DNA of 46,312 nucleotides from an uncultured Peptococcaceae bacterium (GTDB lineage Bacteria; Bacillota; Dehalobacteriia; UBA4068): NCBI GenBank assembly GCA_964368605.1, contig CAYJBP010000005.1, positions 1 to 46,312 of the forward strand, read 5' to 3'. Shown piece by piece: positions 27,147 to 36,207 of this stretch (position 1 is its first letter; each line of letters starts with the position of its first letter). The notes under the pieces were generated by a model. It saw only the letters and a program-made list of their open reading frames with translations, ran no database searches and was not told where the DNA came from. The position numbers and the translations under genes were made by a program.

Positions 27147-27818
27147 ATGGAAATAATTTGCAATAATTTAGCGGTTGGCTATAATAATATCGCCCTGCAT
27201 CAGGACATTAATTTTAGCATACCATCAGGCGCTTATGCTTGCATTATCGGCGATAATGGGGTTGGTAAAAGCACCTTAATTAAAACTTTGCTCGGCCTTT
27301 TGCCGCCAATTAGCGGTACGGTTAAAATTGGCAATGGCCTTAAAAAGCTTGATATCGGCTATTTGCCCCAGCAAACCCAAGTTCAAAAAGATTTTCCGGC
27401 TTCGGTTTACGAGGTAGTTCTATCCGGCTGCTTAAATAAGATTGGTCTGCGCCCCTTCTATAATAAAGCCGAAAAGATAAAAGCCCGGGATATGATGGCC
27501 AAACTTGGCATCAGCGCTTTGGCTAAAAAAAGTTATAGCAAATTATCCGGCGGTCAGCAGCAAAGAGTCCTGCTGGCGCGAGCCCTTTGCGCCACCGACA
27601 AAATTCTGCTTTTAGATGAGCCAACCGCCGGCCTGGATTTGGCGGCAACTAAGGATTTTTATCGGATTGTCAAAGACCTAAATAAAGAAGGCACCACCAT
27701 TATCATGATTACCCATAATCTGCAAGAAGCAATTAATGATGCCGATTATGTGGTATGCTTAAACAATTGCAAACTGGAATGTTTAAGCAAAAAATCCTAT
27801 CAGGAGCTTAAACAATGA
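27147..27818 (+). CDS. ABC ATPase, Zn/Mn (ZnuC/MntB-like) type
   Basis: Walker A GDNGVGKST, signature LSGGQQQRVLLARAL, Walker B LLLDEP. Confidence 0.8.
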   Translation: MEIICNNLAVGYNNIALHQDINFSIPSGAYACIIGDNGVGKSTLIKTLLGLLPPISGTVKIGNGLKKLDIGYLPQQTQVQKDFPASVYEVVLSGCLNKIGLRPFYNKAEKIKARDMMAKLGISALAKKSYSKLSGGQQQRVLLARALCATDKILLLDEPTAGLDLAATKDFYRIVKDLNKEGTTIIMITHNLQEAINDADYVVCLNNCKLECLSKKSYQELKQ

Positions 27819-28669
27819 GCGAGATTATTATAACTTTACAAGAATACCTGACCTATCCCTTTGTGCGCTATGCCATAATTGTGGGGGTATTGGTGGCGCT
27901 ATGCTCGTCTTTGCTGGGCGCTACCTTGGTTTTAAAGCGTTTTTCTTATATCGGCGACGGCCTATCTCATATTGCCTTTGGTGGCATTGCTATTGCCTCG
28001 GTGCTTAAACTTAGTAATCAGGATATTCTTGTTTTTCCGATTACGGCTTTAGCAGCGATTTTACTGCTGCGCTTAGGCCATAATGCCAAAATTAACGGCG
28101 ATGCAGCCATTGCCATGATGTCGGTAGGATCTTTGGCAATTGGCTATTTATTGATGAATTTATTTTCGGTGTCAACTAATTTAGCAGGCGATATTTGCAC
28201 AACCTTATTTGGCTCTACCTCGATTTTAACCCTCACTCAATTAGATGTGCTAACCTGCATTGCGCTATCGCTGGTGGTAATTGCCATCTTTATCGTCTTT
28301 TATCATAAGATTTTTGCCGTCACCTTCGACGAGAATTTTGCCAGAGCCAGCGGCATTAAGGCCGAGGCCTATAATCTTTTGATTGCTATAACCATCGCGG
28401 CGGTAATTGTAGTGGCCATGAATTTGGTCGGCTCGCTTTTAATCAGCGCCTTGGTCGTCTTTCCGGCCTTGTCCGCAATGCGCCTATTTGATAATTTTAA
28501 ATCGGTGATAATTTGCTCGGTGATAATTTCGGTTAGCTGCGCTTTAGTTGGGATTTTGATTTCGATAATTTATGGCACACCGGTAGGTAGCACCATTGTT
28601 ACGGCCGATATTATCGCCTTTGGTATAGCTGTTTTGCTGGCTCGGATAATTAGGCCTAAGTATTGTTAA
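27815..28669 (+). CDS. ABC-3 family permease (ZnuB-like)
   Basis: 284 aa with about 8 TM segments. ATGA overlap with the ATPase gene. Confidence 0.8.
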   Translation: MSEIIITLQEYLTYPFVRYAIIVGVLVALCSSLLGATLVLKRFSYIGDGLSHIAFGGIAIASVLKLSNQDILVFPITALAAILLLRLGHNAKINGDAAIAMMSVGSLAIGYLLMNLFSVSTNLAGDICTTLFGSTSILTLTQLDVLTCIALSLVVIAIFIVFYHKIFAVTFDENFARASGIKAEAYNLLIAITIAAVIVVAMNLVGSLLISALVVFPALSAMRLFDNFKSVIICSVIISVSCALVGILISIIYGTPVGSTIVTADIIAFGIAVLLARIIRPKYC

Positions 28670-28711
28670 AAGCCCTTTCGAAATTTAATGATAATATTTA
28701 CTAATATCACC

Positions 28712-28765
28712 TTGACAAGTGCCTGTTTTTATAGTAAAATAATAATTGTTAGTTAAAGCTAACTA
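28712..28765 (+). promoter_or_regulatory. ahpC promoter plus an imperfect inverted repeat in the leader
   Basis: TTGACA, 17 nt, TAAAAT (28712-28740). TTGTTAG-N6-CTAACTA follows at 28746-28765. Confidence 0.55.
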
Positions 28766-28794
28766 AATTTTACTAAAACTTAGGAGGTTCAATT

Positions 28795-29358
28795 ATGTCG
28801 ATGATTGGCAAAGAAATTGCAGATTTTAAAGTACAAGCTTATTTAGAAAATTCCTTTAAAGAGGTTAGCAAGGCCGATATTTTGGGTAAATGGAGCGTAT
28901 TTTTCTTTTATCCGGCCGATTTTACCTTTGTTTGCCCCACCGAATTAGAGGATTTAGCCAATAAATATCAAGAATTTACCCAAATTGGTTGCGAAATCTA
29001 CTCGGTATCTTGCGATACCCATTTTGTCCATAAGGCCTGGCATGACGCCTCCGATACGATTAAAAAAATCAAATATCCGATGTTGGCCGATCCCACCGCA
29101 ACTTTAGCTCGCGATTTTGATGTAATGATCGAGGCGGCCGGTGTTACCGAAAGAGGAACTTTTGTGGTTAATCCCCAGGGCCAAATCGTGGCTTATGAGG
29201 TATTGGCAGGCAATGTTGGCCGCAATGCCGATGAATTATTCCGCCGAGTGCAGGCTTTACAATTTGTGGCCGAGCATGGCGACGAAGTTTGCCCTGCCAA
29301 ATGGCAACCCGGTGCTAAAACCTTAAAGCCAAGCTTAGACCTAGTTGGCATGCTGTAA
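28795..29358 (+). CDS. ahpC: Peroxiredoxin AhpC (typical 2-Cys)
   Basis: Peroxidatic FTFVCPTE and resolving EVCPAKW motifs. 187 aa. Confidence 0.95.
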   Translation: MSMIGKEIADFKVQAYLENSFKEVSKADILGKWSVFFFYPADFTFVCPTELEDLANKYQEFTQIGCEIYSVSCDTHFVHKAWHDASDTIKKIKYPMLADPTATLARDFDVMIEAAGVTERGTFVVNPQGQIVAYEVLAGNVGRNADELFRRVQALQFVAEHGDEVCPAKWQPGAKTLKPSLDLVGML

Positions 29359-29370
29359 AAGGAGTATTAT

Positions 29371-30993
29371 ATGGATAATAGAAATTTAAACGACTTCTAT
29401 GATGCCATAATTATCGGAGGAGGGCCGGCAGGGCTCTCCTCTGCAATTTATATGGCCAGGGCTCGTTATAAAACTTTAGTTTTAGAAAAAGATAAATTTG
29501 GCGGCCAAATTACCATCACCTCGGAGGTGGTTAATTATCCGGGTGTTTTTAAAACCGGCGGCGCCGCCCTAACCAAGGAAATGCAAAAGCAAGCCGAGGG
29601 TTTTGGGGCAGAATTTTTGCTTAGCGAGGTTAATTCTTTTAAAAAGGAAGATGATTTTTTTGTTCTTGATACCACTCGTGGTCAATTTAAAACCTTAGGA
29701 CTGATTATTGCCGGTGGTGCAGCCCCTCGCATGGTAGGCTTTGAGGGCGAGGAGCAGTATAAAGGGCGTGGCGTGGCTTATTGCGCCACTTGCGACGGCG
29801 AGTTTTTTAGCGGCAAGGAGGTTTATGTTATCGGCAGCGGTTTTGCCGCTTGCGAGGAAGCAGTTTTTTTAACTCGTTTTGCAACCAAGGTACATATGCT
29901 AATTCGCGAACCCGACTTTACCTGCACAGGCAGCATTGTTAATGAGGTTAAAGCCCATCCCGATATTGCAATAAATTATAATACCACATTGCAAAAAGTA
30001 AGTGGCGAAGGTTTTGTTAACGCTTTAAGCATTAATAAGGGCGGCGAAACTATCGAGGTAGTTGAGGCTAAGGGCATTGGCGTATTTGTTTTTGCCGGTT
30101 ATGTGCCGGCTACCGCTAAATTTGCCGAACAAATTAGCCTTAATCCCCAAAAATATATTATTACCGATGCTAATCAAAAAACCAATTTAGATGGGGTTTA
30201 TGCAGCCGGCGATATCTGCGTAAAAAATCTGCGCCAGGTGGTAACCGCCACTGCCGACGGAGCAACCGCCGCCACATCTTTAGAAAAGTATGTGGCCGAG
30301 CAATATGAAAAACTACAACTTCCGGCTCGTGAATATGTAAAAAAAGAAGTAGTAGCGGCGGCCATAGCTACCGATACCTCGGATGATGGCAATTTTATTT
30401 CTCTTCAAATTCGTAATGATTTGCAGCCGGTATTCGAGCGTTTCGAAAATGATCTTATCCTTAAATATAAGCTTGATGATAGCGAGCTTAGCAAAGAGGT
30501 GCAGGGCTTTATCAATGAATTTAGCACCATTAACAAGCGGATTACCTGCCAAGAAGATACCTCTTTAGAAGGTATTTTGCCAACTATTGCCCTTTATAAT
30601 CTGCAAGGTAATTATAGCGGCATTAGCTTCCATGGAGTGCCCGGCGGCCATGAATTTAATTCTTTTATCATTGGTCTTTATAATACCCAAGGCCAAGGCC
30701 AAAAAATTGCCGAGCAGGACTTAGCCGCAATTTTAGCCATAGATAAAAAAATAGCCATTAAGCTGGCGGTTACCCTTTCCTGCTCTAATTGCCCGGATTT
30801 GGTGATTGCCGCTCAAAAAATTGCCGCCAATAACCCCTATATTAGCTTAGATATTTTTGATTTAGCCCATTTTGCCGATTTAAAGCAAAGCTATAATATC
30901 ATGAGTGTGCCTTGCATGATTATTAATGAGCAGCATATTCATTTTGGCAAAAAAAATATTGGCCAAATATTGGCTATTTTGGCCGATATTTAA
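29371..30993 (+). CDS. ahpF: AhpF-like peroxiredoxin reductase with inverted domain order (N-terminal TrxR module, C-terminal AhpF-NTD module)
   Basis: The N-terminus has GGGPAG, CATCDGEF and GSGFAACEEA. The C-terminus has ISFHGVPGGHEFNSFIIGLYN and LSCSNCPDLVIAAQ, motifs that normally sit in the N-terminal domain of AhpF. Confidence 0.8.
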   Translation: MDNRNLNDFYDAIIIGGGPAGLSSAIYMARARYKTLVLEKDKFGGQITITSEVVNYPGVFKTGGAALTKEMQKQAEGFGAEFLLSEVNSFKKEDDFFVLDTTRGQFKTLGLIIAGGAAPRMVGFEGEEQYKGRGVAYCATCDGEFFSGKEVYVIGSGFAACEEAVFLTRFATKVHMLIREPDFTCTGSIVNEVKAHPDIAINYNTTLQKVSGEGFVNALSINKGGETIEVVEAKGIGVFVFAGYVPATAKFAEQISLNPQKYIITDANQKTNLDGVYAAGDICVKNLRQVVTATADGATAATSLEKYVAEQYEKLQLPAREYVKKEVVAAAIATDTSDDGNFISLQIRNDLQPVFERFENDLILKYKLDDSELSKEVQGFINEFSTINKRITCQEDTSLEGILPTIALYNLQGNYSGISFHGVPGGHEFNSFIIGLYNTQGQGQKIAEQDLAAILAIDKKIAIKLAVTLSCSNCPDLVIAAQKIAANNPYISLDIFDLAHFADLKQSYNIMSVPCMIINEQHIHFGKKNIGQILAILADI

Positions 30994-31026
30994 TTAGTAT
31001 TATGCTTTAACCTAAAAGTCTTTAGC

Positions 31027-31096
31027 GATTATAATCTTGTTTCCGACTAGCCAAAGCAGCTTGCAATGGGCAGTGGCCATTGAGCTGATGCAAGGT
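31027..31096 (+). pseudogene. Decayed fragment of an SLH-domain coding sequence
   Basis: Translates to ..NLVSD*..SSLQWAVAIELMQG. At the nucleotide level it aligns with the reverse complement of about 38815-38880 (DLVSDYAVSSLQWAVAIELMQGK), with two 1-nt deletions. Confidence 0.6.
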
Positions 31097-31317
31097 AGCC
31101 AGGTTAGGCCAAAAGGTTAGCAAATCTCCCTAATCCAAGCGAGTAGTTAAATAGGCTATCATGTTTAGGTAGGTTTTGAAATAATTGATAGGGACTTGCT
31201 TTTAGTTTTATTTTTTTGCATAAAAAGATCCTTTCCCATTATTTTATTTGAGTTTTTGCTGCTATTGTGATAAACTTAAGTTATGTTTAATCATCACTAA
31301 AAGAGGAGCATATTTAA

Positions 31318-31710
31318 ATGAAACAAATATTAAGCCTTGCACTTACCTTGATAATTGCCCTAGCATTTACCGGATGCAGCAGCGATTACCAAGATATTGC
31401 TATCAAAATCCATATTCCGGCAGGCAGTACCGAGCAATTTGTTTACTCTGATGAAGAAATATCCACTAATAGTAATACTTTAACCATAGCAGCCGATGCC
31501 GATTTTGTGGATACAGAAATAATCCTTAAACCTATCGAGGTTACGGAAGAAAATGCTTATGAGCCAATCATATTAACATCTGAAGCCCCTGTTGAGATTG
31601 ATATTGAAAAAGGGGCTTGGTTTAAAGTCGGTGTGGCAATACAAAATGAAACAGATGAAGACATGATTGTTAATATTAATGTCAGCAATATTATAGTTAG
31701 GATAGAGTAA
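31318..31710 (+). CDS. Small lipoprotein of unknown function
   Basis: Lipobox LAFTGCSS, AGAGGAG before the ATG, 130 aa. Confidence 0.6.
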   Translation: MKQILSLALTLIIALAFTGCSSDYQDIAIKIHIPAGSTEQFVYSDEEISTNSNTLTIAADADFVDTEIILKPIEVTEENAYEPIILTSEAPVEIDIEKGAWFKVGVAIQNETDEDMIVNINVSNIIVRIE

Positions 31711-31778
31711 CTTATAACCATAAACAGACAAACAATAAAGCCACCGCCCTTCATTTATAACAATTACCCCGGAAATAC

Positions 31779-31814
31779 AAAAAAGCAGTAGAGTTTAACT
31801 CTACTGCTTTTTTT
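31779..31814. terminator. Bidirectional rho-independent terminator
   Basis: A-run, then GCAGTAGAGT-TTA-ACTCTACTGC, then T-run. It lies between convergent genes. Confidence 0.8.
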
Positions 31815-31924
31815 AAAAATAAGAGCAAAATATTTAATTTTCCATTCAATTTAGCTTAAAAATCATTTAGGGCGATAGTTCAAATCCCCCACAAGGTAAA
31901 CTGCTAAAAGCAATCAAGTTAATC

Positions 31925-34900
31925 TTATTCCATCTCCAAATAGCGCATCAGCATTGTGGCAATTTCGGCGCGGCTGGCTATGCCTTGCGGTAAAATTGTG
32001 CCATCTTGATAGCCGCTGATAATGCCACTTGCTACCGCCCATTCCATAGCAGCTATGGCATATTCGGAAATATTTGCATTATCGCTAAATTGTGCCAGCA
32101 TGGTTTGGCCGGTTATGGCAGCCGGGGCAGCATAGCGATAAAGCATGGTGGCAAATTGCTCACGAGTAATTTCGGCAAGCGGGTTTTCGCCATCGGAGAT
32201 TCCATTGGCTATTGCCCAGGTTTGGGCTTCGGCATACCAGGGGTTTGGCTCGGTTGTAAATTGATAACCGTCAATTCTGGCCAGCACTGTCCAAATCATG
32301 GCTCGGGTGGTGGCAGTATTGGGGCTAAACTCGGTTGCCGATACACCATTCATTATATTATTAACATAAGCATAGCTTATCGCCTCATAAAACCAATCAT
32401 CGGTAGCAATATCGCTAAAGGGTAAGTGCTGCTCCATAATCATAAATGCCGAAAAATGCTCGCTGGTAAAGCTTGCTTCTTGGGTAGTGACATTATAAGT
32501 GGTGGGTTTAGCGCTTGCTTGGCCAAGGGCATCTATATGATAAGCCATAACTTGGCCACCGCCAGAGCTATAAGGTATGGTAATGGTGGCTAAACCGCCG
32601 TCAAAATTGCTAATATAGGTATCGCCTGCTTTGATTAGCAATTGATAAGCCGGATTAGTGCCGATTGCGGCCTGCTGCTCGGCGCTTAAATCATCGGCTA
32701 TTTTGATGATAATGGTTATTTTTTGACCATTTGCCTGCTTAATGATGCTATTAAGCGCTTGATTATCAAAAGTTATGCTGCCAATGCTTGTGCTAATTTT
32801 AAACGAAGAATTATTTGCAGCCGCTAAAGTAGCTAAAGCAGCAGGTGTTAAGTTTACTTCCACACTTTGACTATCAGCAGGGCTATTAACATCCAGGTTT
32901 AGCTGGGGGGCATTATCAGTATTTTCGGTTTGCTCAAGCAGGGTTTCGGTGGCTTGGGTTAGGGTATTATCCTCAATATCGGCTTGGGCATTATTATCGC
33001 TAATTACAGGGGCGATATCAATATCAACCTGGCCTTGATTAGCATTGGCCGGCTCCTCGGTACTTGGCTCTTCTACGGCTGTGCCACCGCCGCCAAGATT
33101 ATCGCCACGATCGATATCGGGGATGGGCATAAATTGCGGCCAATAAGCATAATGATAGGGACCGGGGGAGCCTTTGGCCCAAGTCATAAACTCTGTAGAC
33201 GCTTGGGCAATTGGCCAAGCGTTTAGGGTATCGGCAAAGCTTCTATTTGCCATTTGCTCGGCGGTCATGGCTATAGTGTTATCAGTGATATTAAGGTCAG
33301 GGTCTATATTTAGGCCGCTTAAACCGCTTGCGCCTTGATAATAGCAATTTTGAGCATCAATGATGCTATTATTGATAGGATTAGCATCCGCCACTCCTAA
33401 TATACCACCAAGCTGGGATATTCCTTCATCATACTGAGTACTCGTGGGTATAGCGCTATTATAACAATTATTCAAGGTGATATCAAGCAATGGAGGCACC
33501 TCTCCAACTATGCCCCCTACTCGGCTTATCTCAGTAGCTGCCATAAGCGAGCCTGTATTATAGCAATTGTAGATTTCTATATTACTACCAATACCTACTA
33601 TTCCCCCTGCCTGTACTATGGGGATAACACTATTAACATTCGCTATCTTGTCGGCTTTATTGGCAATTGCAGCGGAATTACTGCAATTTTGAATAATCAT
33701 GCGAGCATCTTGATTATTTTTATCGCTGGAAGCTTGACCGGCTATGCCGCCAATATTGGCATAGGTTAACACTTCGGAAGCATAAAGCAGCCCAAAATTA
33801 TGGCAATTATCTATTAAACTACTGCCATCTTCAGCGTAAATAAACCCCACTATGCCCGAACCTTCGATAGTGCCTGAATTAGTGCAATTAAGTATTTGCG
33901 AGTTCTTAGCCTGCCCGGTTATAGCTCCCGAGGAGTTGAGAGCGTAACTACTACTATAATCGTCAAAGTTTATATTGGATTGATCAATATTAACATTTTT
34001 TATTATAGCATCTTCAATATAGCCAAATAAACCAAGATTAGGCGGATCATTATTGATATAAATATTGCTTATCGTATAATTATTGCCATCAAATGTGCCT
34101 AAAAACCAGTCACTCGCAATACCACTGCCAATCGGGATCCAACTATTAATTTCAGCAATATATGGGGGTAAATCATTGCCGGTATCGCTATAGCCAGCAA
34201 CAAGCTCGCCCTTAGCCGGGGCTAAATCTATATCGGCGGTTAATTTTACACTTTTACCTTTATAATCATTCTTGTTTTGTGTTGTTGCGATAAGATTGTT
34301 TGAATCATAATTATTATTAACTGATGCGGCAAACCAGGCCAGACCATAGGCGGTATGGATTTCGATATAGCCGGCATCATCTAAATTAGCTACCGTGTTT
34401 TGTTTGCTATCGTCTTGATATAGACTAAAATCTATATTTATTTGGGCAGCCTGGGCTAAATCAAACCAAGAAGTAAATTCTGTATCGGAATATACAGGTG
34501 GGGTATTTTGGCCTGCTTGCCAAAGCATTGAGTTTGCTGCTTTGGCAAAAAACTCGTTTAATGTGTCAACAAAGTCAGGGCTTAGCATTTGTGCTTTACT
34601 CATGGCGGTAAAGGAATCTGCATGTTCATCATCTTCATAATTGCCTACGGGTGATAGTGATGATTCTTGATAGTATAGTCTATCCAACATGGGATAAGAA
34701 GGGTCGTAAACAATATCAGGTAAACTACCAACTAATGCACCGATATTAGAAGCTGTTGTCGGGTCACCGCTAACCTCAATCTCTCCCCAATTATAGTTAT
34801 TGGCAATTTGTATCTCCACCCGTTCCTCAACAGAGCCAAATAGCCCGCCAACATTACTATGGCCTTTTATAGTGCCGGTATTATAGCTATTTTCCAGCCT

Positions 34901-35701
34901 GTTAATATTATTGATACCACCGAGTATACCACCAACATAGCTATTGCCTTGAACCAAACCGGTATTATAGCAGTTGTATATAGAAATACTGGCATTAGAT
35001 GATTGTGCATAACCGGATAAACCACCAACATAATCGCCGATCCCGATAACAGTGCCTTCATTACTGCAATTAGTTATTGAATAAGCTGAGCCAGCGTTGT
35101 ATCCGGCGATAGCGCCCACATAATTGCTTGCGGATATATGCGAATTGACTATTAGTATTCCATCTAGTTTAGAGGCATAACCAAACAAGCCTTGATAATC
35201 GGCTACACTATTATTGATATAGACATTATTAATTGTATGATTATTGCCAAAAAAGTGGCCATTAAACGATTTTTCGTCATTGCCAATAGGTATCCAGCTA
35301 TTGTCCGCATTTACGGTTGGATTAGTGCCATCCGTAGGCAAATCATTGCCATTTGCGGTATAGCCTTCAACTATAGCACCTGCGGCCGGGGCTAAGTCGA
35401 TATCGGAGGTTAAGTATACACTTATTGGCTTGTTATCAGCCGATAGGTAATTATTAGCAGGGGAACCATCATTCAGCTGCCCATTAACCGAAGCCGCCAA
35501 CCAAGCCAAGCCTAGGGTGGTGTGGATTACCAGATCTTCCTTACCATCGCTATTATAATCAAAATGTTCATAATCAATATCTTCTTGGGCAGTATTGGCG
35601 GCCTCTGTCCAGGTGGCATAGGTAGCTGCCCAGGCTAATTGCGGCATAAGTACAACCGATAGCAGCAAAGCAAATAGAAAGGTCATAGTTTTTTTGCACA
35701 T
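31925..35701 (-). CDS. 1258-aa S-layer-homology surface protein with GLUG-type repeats
   Basis: Signal peptide ending AWA. There are two internally duplicated ~400-aa units, each with NSWIPIG...F.G.F.GNN.TI.N.YINN followed by repeated (Y/N)VGG(I/L).G motifs. Three C-terminal SLH motifs (FSD..W....A......G.....F.P....TR). Confidence 0.85.
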   Translation of the reverse strand: MCKKTMTFLFALLLSVVLMPQLAWAATYATWTEAANTAQEDIDYEHFDYNSDGKEDLVIHTTLGLAWLAASVNGQLNDGSPANNYLSADNKPISVYLTSDIDLAPAAGAIVEGYTANGNDLPTDGTNPTVNADNSWIPIGNDEKSFNGHFFGNNHTINNVYINNSVADYQGLFGYASKLDGILIVNSHISASNYVGAIAGYNAGSAYSITNCSNEGTVIGIGDYVGGLSGYAQSSNASISIYNCYNTGLVQGNSYVGGILGGINNINRLENSYNTGTIKGHSNVGGLFGSVEERVEIQIANNYNWGEIEVSGDPTTASNIGALVGSLPDIVYDPSYPMLDRLYYQESSLSPVGNYEDDEHADSFTAMSKAQMLSPDFVDTLNEFFAKAANSMLWQAGQNTPPVYSDTEFTSWFDLAQAAQINIDFSLYQDDSKQNTVANLDDAGYIEIHTAYGLAWFAASVNNNYDSNNLIATTQNKNDYKGKSVKLTADIDLAPAKGELVAGYSDTGNDLPPYIAEINSWIPIGSGIASDWFLGTFDGNNYTISNIYINNDPPNLGLFGYIEDAIIKNVNIDQSNINFDDYSSSYALNSSGAITGQAKNSQILNCTNSGTIEGSGIVGFIYAEDGSSLIDNCHNFGLLYASEVLTYANIGGIAGQASSDKNNQDARMIIQNCSNSAAIANKADKIANVNSVIPIVQAGGIVGIGSNIEIYNCYNTGSLMAATEISRVGGIVGEVPPLLDITLNNCYNSAIPTSTQYDEGISQLGGILGVADANPINNSIIDAQNCYYQGASGLSGLNIDPDLNITDNTIAMTAEQMANRSFADTLNAWPIAQASTEFMTWAKGSPGPYHYAYWPQFMPIPDIDRGDNLGGGGTAVEEPSTEEPANANQGQVDIDIAPVISDNNAQADIEDNTLTQATETLLEQTENTDNAPQLNLDVNSPADSQSVEVNLTPAALATLAAANNSSFKISTSIGSITFDNQALNSIIKQANGQKITIIIKIADDLSAEQQAAIGTNPAYQLLIKAGDTYISNFDGGLATITIPYSSGGGQVMAYHIDALGQASAKPTTYNVTTQEASFTSEHFSAFMIMEQHLPFSDIATDDWFYEAISYAYVNNIMNGVSATEFSPNTATTRAMIWTVLARIDGYQFTTEPNPWYAEAQTWAIANGISDGENPLAEITREQFATMLYRYAAPAAITGQTMLAQFSDNANISEYAIAAMEWAVASGIISGYQDGTILPQGIASRAEIATMLMRYLEME

Positions 35702-35737
35702 AGTGTTATTCTCCTTGGGTTTAATAGTGTTCTTATA

Positions 35738-35766
35738 ATTATAACATATAGTTTTTTTTTATACAA
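35738..35766 (-). promoter_or_regulatory. Promoter of the 1258-aa gene, with an A9 tract in the spacer
   Basis: Minus strand reads TTGTAT, AAAAAAAAACTATATGT (17 nt), TATAAT. The plus strand shows T9 at 35752-35760. Confidence 0.55.
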
Positions 35767-35971
35767 GTACCAAGATTTAACCCCTCTGGCAATAGCAAAG
35801 AGGGTTGGGAATAAAAAGGTGCGGTTGCGGTAACTTACACGCCAAAAGTTGCCGCAGCCATAAACTTGTAGTGTAAAAAGGCCCAAAAAAAGTTAGAGGT
35901 CTTATCTGGCTAATTGGCCAGTAATTGGCTTGGCCAACTATACCGCTTACATTATAATTAGCTTTGGTGGT

Positions 35972-36140
35972 TTAAGTAGCGAATAAATAGCTGCACTTAC
36001 ATCCAATTTTATTGATTTTATAGACAAGCAGCCGGTCGGGCGCAATATGATATGCTCGGTAATCCAGCATTAAAAAAACATGCCCATCGCCGCTTTCTTT
36101 GCAGAAGGAAATATCATCCTTGGAGGAATGCTCGGTGCTT
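35972..36140 (-). pseudogene. Possible remnant of a YafQ/RelE-family toxin gene
   Basis: The minus frame reads ..KESGDGHVFLMLDYRAYHIAPDRLLVYKINK.. then a stop. The YR..H..PD.LL.YK pattern matches the YafQ C-terminal core. There is no credible start or SD and the tail is shortened. Confidence 0.3.
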
Positions 36141-36144
36141 TTCC

Positions 36145-36172
36145 TTGACAGTGCAACTAAATATAGTATAAA
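36145..36172 (+). promoter_or_regulatory. Promoter of the 36208 gene
   Basis: TTGACA, 16 nt, TATAAA. Confidence 0.55.
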
Positions 36173-36207
36173 ATAAATATCATATAAATAATTAAGGAGG
36201 ATTAAAA

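Noticed and set aside
35683-35886. 67-aa minus-strand ORF upstream of the 1258-aa gene.
   Set aside because: It overlaps that gene's promoter, SD and start. It has no SD of its own.
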